A DNA stretch of 64,000 nucleotides from Octopus bimaculoides (lineage: Eukaryota): NCBI RefSeq assembly GCF_001194135.2, contig NC_068994.1:46878871-46942870 (forward strand), in the 5' to 3' direction. A model generated the notes under the pieces. It was not told the DNA's origin and did no database searches. It saw only the letters and a program-made list of their open reading frames with translations. The translations under genes and the position numbers were made by a program. This document shows, piece after piece, positions 1 to 12,117 of the stretch (within the stretch, counting starts at the first letter, position 1; each line of letters begins with the position of its first letter).

Positions 1-168
1 TGTTTACGTCCGCGTAGCTTAACGATAGAATAAGTACTGGGTTTTAAAAAGAAATTAAGTCCTGGGGAGTCGATACATTCAACTGAAACCCTTCAAGGCG
101 GTGCCCCAGCATGGCCATAATCAAATGCCTGAAACAAGATATTATACACGCACGCGAACACAGAAAGA

Positions 169-208
<40 letters not shown>

Positions 209-296
209 AGAATGCTTGCCAGACATTAACGTACCAAGGGAAGTTACTCTCATTGAATAAAAAAAAAACCGTGTGAAGTTTAAAAAGAATACCAAA

Positions 297-751
297 ATGG
301 CGACCCTGCGTGGTCGACTTTTCCATGCGGTCAAAGGAGACATAAGGAGTTTACAGTTCAAACAGGTGCGGTTACCTGACTGTTCCTTGTTTCGCTACAG
401 TACTGAAGTAACAACATCTGAACCTCGTTTGTTAGATGAAGAAATAGATACCGATGAACTGAATCAAATTCGTGATGTCTCAAGACTTTCTCCCGTTCTC
501 AAAGCAAAACTATACAATGAATTTCCTCCGAATTTTGGTGAAAGAGAATCTGACAATAAGAAGCATTATCGCAGGCGAATATTTGCTAAATTTGGGAGCA
601 GCTCCAACCTCGATCCGGCCTCTATGTGGCCATCGAAAGCAGAAATGCGAGAACTAATTGAAGAACAAGCGAAATACGAAGTACCTGTTCATGTCATGTT
701 AGAAAAATTGAGAGTGGAAAGAGAGACGGAAGAAGAAAAAGTGAAATTAAG
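297..751 (+). CDS. GADD45GIP1: GADD45GIP1/CRIF1 (mitoribosomal protein mL64), coding exon 1 of 2
   Basis: ATG at 297 (aaaATGG context) opens MATLRGRLFH...FAKFGSSSNLDPASMWPSKAEMRELIEEQAKYE, matching the CRIF1 motif (human [29 protein letters not shown]). Donor AG|gtaatt at 751/752, phase 2. Confidence 0.93.
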
Positions 752-1103
752 GTAATTAATTAAACAAAGGTTATTCTGTACTTCTTGCTGCAGAAATTAA
801 AAACGTTATATAGTTTTTCATGTTATTTTAGTTCTATTTCAGCCGTTAGCGAACAACCTGATGATATTCAGTCTTTCCGGCTGTAACCATCGTGTCTTAT
901 ATTTTCTTTGTTTTACACATTCACACAAAGTGCACACAGTACATATATGTTTTTGCATTTGAGTTTACAAACACGATTTTTTAATGCTCTGTACAGAACC
1001 AGAGTATGATAATATACTGGTGAAATTAGTTTCTGTTATTACTCAATTTCGCAAGTATCGACATTCACATAATATATATACAAACACGAGCGTTTTGTGT
1101 ATG

Positions 1104-1141
<38 letters not shown>

Positions 1142-1151
1142 NNNNNNNNNN

Positions 1152-1192
<41 letters not shown>

Positions 1193-3163
1193 CTGGAATG
1201 ATTCATTCACCTTTGACCATGCAATAACACAAGCAATTCAAAAGGATGCTACAGTTATAGAACTCGCTGTGTATTTTAGTTGTGTACTCACTCGAGTAGG
1301 TGACTAATAGAAGAATGATGTTGAGGCTCCTCTTTATTACACAGACAATATTGAAAAGACTTTGATGATTACGAAGAACAAATTTCAGGAGGGAAAAAGT
1401 CGCGTGGATCTTATTCACGTATTTTCGTTGTTAGCTGACCATTTAAGTGACATATATATATACATACGTATATAAATGTATGTGTGTGTAAAACATGCAT
1501 GTATATAAATATATTAGACCTACGAAACTTTAAGTTGCATGGGACCGAACCAAACTATTTTATATAATATATAAAATTGTGTGTGTAATCAAAATTTGGC
1601 AGCGTGGACCCTAGAACAGTCCTTCTTAAATAGAACTATGATTTAAAAAGCTTTTTAGCGGGATAATTTCAACTTTCAATTAGACAATGGTGTATCGAGG
1701 ATCGTATTGTACACTTTGTCGTCTTTCATTTAAGACGATATTATGTGATCTGAGGCTAACTTGAGTACTATCTCTAGCAGGTCCAGCAAGTGTATATTTT
1801 GTCCATCTAGTCACGTGTCAGTCTACACGCGCTCCATGCCCAGCTTAGACTATCCTGAGCTTTTTATATATTCTAAATATTTTATAATACATTTTAAATT
1901 GTTTAAATTGCCGCTAATTATTACTATCAAAGATGTTTAGTAAACTTCGTGTCCATTCGGGTAATTTTCTTAATTCATTGACTATAAATTTGAATCGGCA
2001 AACTACCAGTTAAGGCCCTTTGCAAGCACTATATAAACATTTATTTGTAATATCGCATTTTAGTAACTAGGCCATTCATTTTTATTTATTCCTGTTGAGT
2101 CTTTATACCCCCCACCCCAATTGTAACAATAGAAATATGAAACTAAATTTTATCGAACGTGACATCAAGCTTAAGAAATAAGGTTTAATGACCCCTAAAC
2201 ATTGACCTTGGTTGCTTTCTCGTTTTGACACAGTTTTAGTTAAGCTATTTTAGAATAGTGTGTGTGATCCCTCGTGACACAAATATTGAATTCAAGGGAG
2301 GTAATCCATCATTGCCAAACTGCTTCCTAAAATTTGTTTTCACGATTATTAAACATTTATTTATGCATATATATATACATATACATACATACATACACCG
2401 TATAAGTTACGCCGCTAATTTAATGTTAAATCTTGGTATAAATTTTTTTTCCCAACTATTAAGCTTTATCTTTTTGCTCCGTGTATAAGTTGCATCCCAG
2501 TTTTTTCAGTTAAAATCAGATATAAATAGTGCTACTTATACATGTGTAAGTACAGAATGTATATATACAGAGAGAAAGAGAGAGATGGTGACCCCCTGTT
2601 ATACTCTTTCGCCCCAACTTTCTCTCATTCTTTCTTCCTGTTTCTTGAGTAATGCTGCGATGGACTGGCGTCCTGTCCAGCTGGGGGGAACACATACGCC
2701 ATAGAAACCAGGAAACCGGGCCCATGAGCCTGGCTAGGGTTTGAAAGGACGCATAAATAATATATATATATACTTAGAATTGGCTTTCACACAGCTTCTG
2801 TCTAAAAAATTCACTCACATAGCAAAGGTTGGCCCAGGGCTATAGTTGAAGACACTTGCTAATGGTTCCACACAGTGGAACTGAGTCTGAAACTAGGAGC
2901 CATATTCCTGCTATTAAATTTCCATTAAGTATTTTGGATTTAAAATTTATTTTTACTTTCTTAATTGCCATTGGATTGTGACTATGTTGGAATACCACTT
3001 TCAAAAGTTTAACTCAGAACCCAGGACTTGGCCTTGGCAGGATGAAAGGCAATGTAGTTCTCGCTGTTATAATTTAAATGTTTAGGATTAAGATTTTTTT
3101 ACATAGATATTTTTGTTTTTATATTCTGTAATTAAAATTCTGTTATTTGTTTATCCTTTACAG

Positions 3164-3455
3164 AGAGCAGAGAATCAAAGAGAATATGAAAGCTATGCCA
3201 AAATTGATTGCCGAATTTCATAAGCAGACTGAACAGAAACAACTGTTACAGAAGAAACAGGAAGAAAAGAAAGCCAAGCTTCTTGAAGAGGCACGAGCAT
3301 ACTTTGGTTATTCGGTGGACCCACGCGACGAAAAATTCAAGCAAATGTTGGCTGAGAAAGAGGCTGCAGAAAAGAAAGCAGCAAAACAACAGAAGAAAGC
3401 TGAGAAAATGGCAAAAGTTACTGCCAGGTTATCGATGGGCAATAAAGAATCTTAA
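3164..3455 (+). CDS. GADD45GIP1: GADD45GIP1/CRIF1 coding exon 2 of 2 (spliced CDS 747 nt, 248 aa)
   Basis: Acceptor tttacag|A completes the Arg codon in frame. REQRIKENMKAMPKLI...ARAYFGYSVDPRDEKFKQML matches the CRIF1 C-terminal half (human REQHIAECMAKMPQMI...LGYQVDPRSARFQELL). Stop TAA at 3453-3455. Confidence 0.93.
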
Positions 3456-3537
3456 ATTAAATATATTTTATACAATGTTTGAAATGTGTTCTGTGTTGAA
3501 TCGTGTAATTAGGACTTACATTTATTTATTGAACAAA

Positions 3538-3543
3538 AATAAA
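3538..3543 (+). terminator. Candidate polyadenylation signal (AATAAA) of GADD45GIP1
   Basis: AATAAA about 80 nt after the stop codon; no transcript data. Confidence 0.45.
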
Positions 3544-4068
3544 AAGAAAAAAACGAAAATTAAAGATGTGTTGTTATTGTTTAAACCCAGGTCAGCCCTG
3601 ATCAAGTAAAACTATGATCAAAGGCATTCCTACCATGACCTCTTTTTTTTTTCCTTTTTTTTTTTAAGATAGTAGGGTGTGATTGCTATTTCTTATTATG
3701 GTCTAAGTTCAAATTCCACCAAGGTCAGTTCACCATACAGAAGCTCCCTTGTTGTTTAGCCTCCAAGTTGGCTATGATCCTGCAGATCTGTGTTCAAACA
3801 TTCTAATGATGACCATCACTTCTTTTATTCACTATATCTAGAAATATGTAGTCATGCAGCTCCTCTTTAAGAATTTGCTCGAACCTTCAGTTCACAAGCA
3901 TCTTAACCCTTTGTCCCCTTGATAAACCTGACTGCCTCTCTACCTCCTTAGAGTTTGAGATCTTACAGTAGTCTAGTTTTTTTTTTGTTTTTGTTTTTTT
4001 GTTATACTTTTACTGGTTCAGTTATTGGACTGTGGCTATACTGGATCACCACCTTGAAGGGTTTAGAG

Positions 4069-5168
4069 CAGTGGCCCTCAACAATTTTTTTACCTTTGGA
4101 TGGACCCTCATTACTATTTGATATTTAAAAAATCCTATTATATTTTTTTAATTAAATGTTATTAGGAACTGTGTAAAAAAATTAAAATATTTTGTATATT
4201 GAGTCATCCCATAAACACTTCTTTTATTTTTCAAAATTAAGATAAACAAAATTCTTTTTTAATCTAAACTATACTCTCTTTCATTTTCTACAATGCTCTT
4301 CCATCTATCTGGTAGACTTCCAAGGCCCTCTTCCAAAATTCACTTATCCGTGATGAAAAATACTCCTTCAGTACTGTTCTGACATCCATCATCTATAGAA
4401 TTCATATTTTTTCCGTCCAAATCATTTTGAAGACTGCAGAATAAATGATAATCAGATGGGGCAATGTCTAGCGAATATGGTGGGTGGGGCATCGTTTCCC
4501 ATTCAAACTGCTCCAGCCTTTGGAATGTCATCCTTGTTGTAATGTGATCAAGCATTATCCTGATGGAAGAACACCTTTCATTTTGAAACCAAAGATAGTC
4601 ATTTTTCTTCTAGCGCTGATGTGAATGACTGGTTCAAAGACCAAATCCAAGCTTCTCTGCTAGTTCCTCAACTGTTACGATGGGATTTTGTCCCACCAAA
4701 GTTTGCAGGATGTCCTCATCAAACTCTACAGATCTTCCAGGATGAGGTTTGTCTTCTAGGCTGCAGTTTCTGGAACCACCATTAACACTGGCGTACGCTT
4801 ATTGTCCAATCCCCAAATACTGCATTAATATTCCTTGCACTTTCTGTTGCGTCGTTGCATTTATTGAACTCACAAAACAAAATATGCCAAATATGCTCCT
4901 TTGTCACTTCCATTATAGCTTTGAAAAAATATCTGTTAAAAATCGAACAGCACTCTTCAAAATTTGCACTAAGAATAAGAATAAGGTAAAATTACTACCT
5001 GCTTTTATAGCAAGTTGATGCAGGTAGTTTATCCCATCCCCCTCCAACTTTTAGTTCATGCAATTGAAAAAAAACCACATTATTTATGAGATGACTCAAT
5101 ATCATCGAAGTTATTGTACATACATTTTAACACCAAAATCTTATGTGAACCCCACTTGAGGACCAGTG
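4069..5168. mobile_element. hAT-type MITE (CAGTGG ends) interrupted by the mariner
   Basis: Ends cagtggccctcaa / ttgaggaccagtg; 8-bp TSD gtttagag / gtttagtg (7/8). Confidence 0.7.
4199..5099 (-). mobile_element. Internally deleted mariner element
   Basis: TIRs ttgagtcatcccataaa / tttatgagatgactcaa, TA on both flanks, and a transposase remnant WETMPHPPYSLDIAPSDYHLF (mariner PYSPDLAPSDY motif). Confidence 0.85.
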
Positions 5169-5779
5169 GTTTAGTGGAATAAATAAGCCCCTGTGCTTCC
5201 TTTTTATTCTATCAGTCTCTTTTTGCCAAACTGCTACACTACATGAACATAAACAAACCAACACCAGTCATCAAACGTTGACAAAGATATGTGTGCGCAC
5301 ACACACATGCAGAAATATATGATAGCACAAAGATTCTTAGTGCCATTTCTTCAAACTCTTTACATGCCGAGTTCAAATCCTGCTGAGGTCAACTATGCCT
5401 TTCATCCCTTCGGGGGTTCAATAGAATAAAATACCAGTCAAGTACGGGGCGGGGGTGGGGGTGCAATGTAATCAACTTGATTCCTTCCCCTCAAAAATGG
5501 CCACAAACCTTGCAACAGGGGGTAAAGTTGTAATTTCAATCATTTTTACACCTTGGAAACCAGATAACCAACTTATGGGCCCAAGGGCTCCAGAAAAAAA
5601 AAATATCTTTGAAATTGAGACTCCAGTATGGCCACAGACCAATGATTAAAACTTAGTAAACAAATAAAATAAGGAAATAGGAAAGAAAACAAAAAAAAAC
5701 AAGGGAAATCTGTGAGCAAACAGAGGGTTGTGTTTTTTTTTTCTTTTAGTTTATTTAAAATTTTGTTTACATTACCATC

Positions 5780-6200
5780 GACGTCGTCATCGTTATCACT
5801 GCCATTGGAGTTGTCATGATTATCTGTCATCGTTATGATCATCATTATCATCATCATAGTCACTGTCATCAGTCATCAATATCGACCTTATCGACTTCAT
5901 CATTGTCGTAGTTGTCATCACCACCACCTTCATTGTTGAAATTGTCATCTTTGTCATCAGCATAGTTGTAATCACCTTAGTCCTAATCATCATTATAATT
6001 GTCCTCATCATTATCAGTTATCTTTATCATCATCATCATTGTAATTACCATAATCATCATCATCATTATCTTTCCAGTCATTATTGACATTATCATTATC
6101 ATAGTTTATGATTATCATTATTTATCATCATCATCAACATTCTATTTTCTGTAATTACTATTACATTATCATTATTATTATTATCATTAGAAATGATGAG
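5780..6200. repeat. Degenerate (ATC/GTC)n trinucleotide low-complexity tract
   Basis: catcat/gtcatc runs that generate the spurious Ile/Met/Asp-rich ORFs. Confidence 0.8.
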
Positions 6201-6554
6201 TCTAGACTGATCAACAACAGCAACAACAAATGCATACAGTGCCGTGGCAGGAGCATTTGCTGGTTACATAGAATCGGGTTGCCATGCATGAGTGAATGAG
6301 TGTGTCGCGAGGGGTGGGTGAGATCATGGAGCGAAAGGTGAAATCATACAGGGATGAACGGATGGATAGATGGAGGATGGAAATGGTTACATGTGCAACT
6401 TGATGAAATGTTCATGTGGTGACATGGAGGTGAGAAGAGAAAAAGAGGTAGTGGAGATAGTAAAAATAATGGGAAGGTGTTTCCTCAGACATGTAGACGT
6501 AGCTGTCACCATGGAGACACACACACACACACACACACAAATATAGATGCATGT

Positions 6555-6587
<33 letters not shown>

Positions 6588-6634
6588 TAATAATAATATT
6601 AATCAATTAAAACCAGTGGTCTAGCATATTTTAA

Positions 6635-6864
6635 AAAATAAGAGGAATGACCAGCAAAAGTGGACTCCTATATGCTAGAAATAGATGCCGAATCATCTAA
6701 CCACGAAGAATATGTTCTATTAGTATTTTTTCATTCGTCTTGCCCTTTTACAGTCTGTTGTCTCGCTGAAATTTTTACTGAGAACATATTCTTCATGGTT
6801 AGATGATTCGGCATCTATTTCTAGCATATAGGAGTCCACTTTTGCTGGTCATTCCTCTTATTTT
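6635..6864. repeat. 84-bp inverted repeat with a 62-bp loop
   Basis: Arms 6635-6718 and 6781-6864, one mismatch. Confidence 0.92.
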
Positions 6865-6870
6865 TGTATG

Positions 6871-6905
<35 letters not shown>

Positions 6906-7220
6906 CCAATCAAATATGTATATATATGTGTGCATATACATGTGTATATGTATATGCATGTGTATATATATATGCATGTGTGTGTCAGTGTACATGTGTG
7001 TGTGGTGTGTGTGTGTGTGTGAAAGTGCTCACGTCCCTTAGATACAGGGAAAATAAAATATAAATATATTTCATGTGTGGGTGATAAGTTTGCTTCCCAA
7101 CCATGTGGTGGTCTCAGGTTCAGTCCCACTACATGACACCCTGTGTGTGTGTGTCTTTTACAATAGCCCAGGATGGGATGAAATCTTGTGAATGGATTTG
7201 GTAGACAGAAACTGAAATAC

Positions 7221-7598
7221 ACAGTGTGGCCCAGAAGTAACCAAACCCTATTGAATTTATTGAATATTGCTTGATGAACATTTTCTGGGCAGATGGACAG
7301 GACCCATGGAATGGCCTGCAAGGTCCCCAGACCTCAGTCCTCCAGACTTCTTTCTCTGGGGAATACTCAAAAATCAGGTCTTCAGTGCTAAACCAAAAAC
7401 TCTCAATGATTTGAAATAGAGCACTGGAATTGTGCAAAAAAGTAACTGATTCAACTACTGAACGATGTCCAAACTGTGTTGCAAATAATGGTTTATGTTT
7501 TGAACATTTGCTGTAGCCTTGTGTAATAAAAATTTCTGTTCCATTTATTTGTAACCTTTAACAATAATTAGAGTTCAGTTACTCCTGGGCCACCCTAT
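7221..7598 (+). mobile_element. Short deleted Tc1/mariner-superfamily element
   Basis: TIRs acagtgtggcccagaagtaac / gttactcctgggccaccctat (18/21); transposase C-terminal remnant SPDLSPPDFFLWGILKNQVF. Confidence 0.75.
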
Positions 7599-8755
7599 AT
7601 GTGTGTGTGTGTATTTGTATGCTTGTGTGTAGACTTGTCTTGACACCATGGCTATAAACGAGCATCACCATCATAAAGTTGTTGTTCATACCAGTTTTCT
7701 GTGAGAAAAAAAATGGGGAAATATTGCCTTGCTTGGAAATAGGTAAGGGTTGGTAACAGGAAGAGCATCCAGCCAGAGGAAACCTGTCCTAGCAAATTGC
7801 ATCAGACCCATGCAAGCATGGGAAAGCGAACATTAAATAATGATGGTGATGATGATGATGATGAGGATGATGACCTTGATGATGATGACAGTGGTGGTGG
7901 TGGTGGTGGTGCGTGTGTGTGCGTCTATACAGGCTTATGGTGAATGTCAATTCCTGACTGTACAATACTGTCTAGCTCCTGTTATAGTTTTTGATTAAGC
8001 CCATATCAGTTTTCGTCCAGCAGACATTTGGTCAAAAGTGTTCCAACCATGACCATCCCATATTTGGTCTTTTTTTTTTTCAGACTAATGTGTGATTTCA
8101 AATGAGATTTGGTTCCTTGTTAACTTGTGAAGCTGTTGCTGCTGCTGTTGTTGCTGCAAATCCATGGTCTAGTGTTCCAGCCTTAGCTACCCCATCCTTT
8201 GTTTGTCTGAAACTTTTTTTCTCTAGACATGGTATATCTTGGACTACATTATGTAATCTGAGCAGCTGATTGATAGTGTCAATTAGAGTGTCAGATAGAT
8301 TGCTTGTGGTAATCATTCCAGCTCAAATTCAAACCCCGCCAGGGTCAATTTACCTTTTATTAATTTTTTTTTTTTTTGTCTGTCTGACTTTCTCTCTTTT
8401 GGAAGAAATCAACCAAGATCACATCTGAAGTGTGATGGGCTGCACCAGGTCAAAAATATGCCCAAGAATTACACTACATCACAACGGCACCCCTACAACT
8501 CAAACAAGGAACTGAGAAGCCAAGACAAGGCATTGTGCAATGTGTCCTTTAGACAACGTGATTTATCAGAGATTTGGTTGCTATTTCAAGCAAGTCTAGC
8601 CACACAAGTAAGACCCTTCCCTCGCCTGCCTTTATTGTATATCATATAATTTTTGTCCCTATAAAACAGCTAGACATTTCCTAATCATATATCACTTTTC
8701 CAAAATAGTTTGCTGACACGGTAGGTTTATCTTTTTCTTAATTACAATTATTGTT

Positions 8756-8990
8756 ATTAATAGTTATCGCCAAGCCAACATGGCAGTCCCAAAAATAGGA
8801 TGAATGCTGCTGTGGATTAGCTCCAAGAGGCCATCGCCTCTAGCTAGCTATGTGACACACGAACCTGTGTCCTTTATAAAGGTTCATGTGTCACATAGCT
8901 AGCTAGAGGCGATGGCCTCTTGGAGATAATCCACGGCAGCATTCGTCCTATTTTTGGGACTGCCATGTTGGCTTGGCGATAACTATTAAT
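8756..8990. repeat. 235-bp fold-back (MITE-like) element
   Basis: 111-bp arms 8756-8866 and 8880-8990, 4 mismatches, 13-nt loop. Confidence 0.92.
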
Positions 8991-9433
8991 TTCCAGTACC
9001 GCTGCCGTAGTCTCCTTCAGAGAGACTTAGAAATATTAATAACTCTAATTATTGTTATTATTATATTAATAAAATGAGTTGTCAAGCTGGCGGAATCGTT
9101 ACCGTGCTGGACAAAACACTTTGCACCATTTCTTCCAGTTCTTTAACATTCTAAGTTCAAAAACTGCCGCTGAGGTTGACTTAGCCTTCGACCCTTTCAG
9201 GATCGATAAAATAAATACCAACTGAGCACTAGGGGGTCAATGGAATCGACTTCCCCCCTGTCCCCTCAAAATTACTGGCCCTGTACTAAAATAAGAAATG
9301 ATTATTACAATGATAGAAATAGCGGAGTGAGAGAAATGACATAACCCCATCCAAACCAAGTTAAAGATATCTTACAGTATTTAGTTCCATCTACATATAT
9401 ATATATATACATATATGTATGTATGCGTGTGTG

Positions 9434-9478
<45 letters not shown>

Positions 9479-9758
9479 CCCATACACACTACCAGCAAAA
9501 TCATCAAGAAAATAAATGCTGGTCAAATGCGGGAGTGATTTATGCTTTTGTTCTTTCCACAAAAGCCTTTGTGGTTCTCATGATTAAGTTATAAGACTTT
9601 GTTATTAAAGTTATTACTATTATTATTATTATTATTATCAATGTTATTTTTGGTAATGATTAGTCGTTTTTATTATAACAATTTGTTGTTGTCATTATCA
9701 TCAATCATCAACATTATTATTATTGTTGTTGTTGCTATGCGAGTGTTGATTCATCGGT

Positions 9759-11806
9759 TTAAAATGATTTGGTGTTCGTATGGTCGGCAATGGACAATTG
9801 CTTGCTGTCTGTGGCATCAGCAGGCCACATCAAGGACGAAGATTCACATGTGACGTCTGGAGCTGAGGGGGTTTTATCTTGGTTGGGTTGAGGTGCCAGT
9901 CCTTCACGATACAGCTGCAATTGTTCCAGGTACTTTTGGCACACTGCCAAGCGCCTATCTCCTTCTCCATGCTGTGACTTTGCTCCAGTGGCAGTGGTGG
10001 TGTCAAACTCAGAGGCAGAAGACGGAGTCAGTAAGCTGTCCTTGTTCAACTGGGTATCTGATAGTGATGTGGCTGTTGGGACTGTACCGGGGGTGTATAA
10101 CTGTTTTTTCTGTACATCATACAAATGCTGTTCTGTAGTTTCAATGTTTGACAAGGACAACAGTGGGGGAGAAACAGTTGCAGTTGATGATGCCAAACCA
10201 GATTTCTCAGGTGTGCAGGGATAGGTAGTACTGCACCCCTGTTGATGTTGATGGCTACTGACAGGGGATGATGGTGGGACAGTGCCTGATGCTGGACGAG
10301 GAACTCCTCTGGAAGTAGTTGATTGACTAGAATCAGTGCTGACATACTGAATGACGTCTGGTGACAACCCTGGGACTTCACTGCAACTCGCTTTTTCAAA
10401 TAGATTCTTGGAGAAAAGGGTGGGATTGAAACTGGACTTGTACAATTTCATTGATTCAGCTTCTTCAGGAGAAAAGTCTTTGTCAGAAATGGACAACCGA
10501 GAGAGGGCAGTCTGTGGAGGGGGTGACATCTTACTTTCGTCATCACCTACTACATCATCGTCGTCGTCGTCGTCATCGTCATCATCCTCATCATCATCTT
10601 CATCATCGTCACATTTTGTTGAATTTGAGTCGGGCAATGTTGCTGCCATAGCAACATTGCTAGCACTGACTGGATTGGTGTTTGTTGTCTCAGCAACCAA
10701 GCTGTCGTTACTGGCATCAGGAATCAACACATTGGTAAGGTGAGGCTCGTCTCGGCTGGCATCATGGTGACAGGACTCTGACAACTCAGTTGGCAAAGAA
10801 ACAGCATTTGTGCTGACACTACTGCTGCTGCTGCTACAGATTTCTCCGCAGTCTGCCGGGTGGCTGTGGAACCGCTGGAAATGCAGGTTCAAATGACCCC
10901 GACGACTAAAAAGCTGCGAACAGTAAATGCATTTATATTCCTTCTTGCGAGAATGTACTACCAGATGACGTTTCATGTCTTTCCTCTTTGTAAAAACCTT
11001 GCTGCATTCCATGCACTTATGGGTTTTGTCGAGGCCCTTCGGGTAAACGATCCCACCGTGGATCTTCAGATGTAGTAAGAGATCATCCTTGTTGTCGTAT
11101 TTCTTATTGCAGATCGGACAGTTGTTAATCTTACCCTTCTCTGCTGCATGCATTGCCATGTGTGTCTTGTGCATAAAGCGGGATATGTATTGCTTGCCGC
11201 ACTGTTTGCACACCCATGTTGGCTTGTCCGGCTTGTGAGTGTTCAGGTGTGATGTCAGGTGATCACGCCGGCCAAAAGACTTCTCGCAGAAAAAACACTT
11301 GTGGTTTCGTGGTGCACTGTGAATGAGCATATGCCGATCAAGGAGGAACTTTGACACGAACACTTTACTGCAGTTTTCGGTTGTGCATCGATGCAACACT
11401 TTCCGTCCATGTGCACACATTCTTCCACTACCGCCACAACTACAGTTATTGTTTTTACTTCCACCATGGCCTCCCCTCCTTTCCAGCTTACACGAGACAC
11501 ACTCATTCTTCCGGCTGCGTTTCCTCATCACTGAAGGCGGAGAGATCAAGGCTAGCTTGGTAATTTTCGAACCTACGTCGTCTGTGTCACTATTGCCAAG
11601 TAACATCTGACCGAACGTTGCTTTAGAAGACCGGGTGACACGTTTCAGATTTTGGTTACCAATGCCACCAGCTTCCAGTGGAGTTGCACTTGAACAAACG
11701 TCAACGTTTCTCTCAATTTTCAACTCTTTGCTTTTGGTACCATGGATGACGTTGTCAATAGAGATGTTTTCTTTGCAAACTTTTGCAGCGACTGAACTCT
11801 TTGAAC
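9759..11806 (-). CDS. PR/SET-PLAG gene terminal exon 7: six PLAG-type C2H2 fingers plus acidic and S/T/P-rich C-terminus
   Basis: 2048-nt exon, acceptor tttgcag|GT, stop at 9759. The fingers (about 10866-11393) align finger for finger with vertebrate PLAG ZF2-7: ISRFMHKTHMAMHAA vs TKLGYRRHLAMHAA; TKRKDMKRHLVVHSRKKEYKCIYC vs [23 protein letters not shown]. Spliced CDS 2847 nt = 948 aa. Confidence 0.92.
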
Positions 11807-11964
11807 CTGCAAACAACACCAAAAAATACAAATTATTAGCACATTCTTTTAAAAAACATTACCACAGCTTACCTACCTCATATCACTTCTCTCTTTCTCT
11901 TCTTCTCACTATTTCTTTCTTTCTCTCTCTCTCTCTCTCTTTTGTTTGTGTGTATGGTCAAATA

Positions 11965-12117
11965 TCGACCCTAGTGCATAACTCGTACTTAATTTATCAA
12001 CCCCGAAAGGATGAAAGGCAAAGTCAACCTCGGCGGAATCTGAACTCAGAACGTAACGGCAGACGAAATACCGCTAAGCATTTCGCCCGGCGCGCTAACA
12101 TTTCTGCCAGCTCGACG
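11965..12117 (-). mobile_element. tRNA-derived SINE, fourth family
   Basis: Reverse strand reads gagctggcagaaatgttagcgcgccgggcgaaatgc...gttgactttgcctttcatcctttcgggg. Copies near 9080, 18190, 21250, 35750 and 48480. Confidence 0.75.

Noticed and set aside
10351-10743. Poly-Ser plus-strand ORF
   Set aside because: Antisense shadow of the poly-Asp tract of the real minus-strand CDS.
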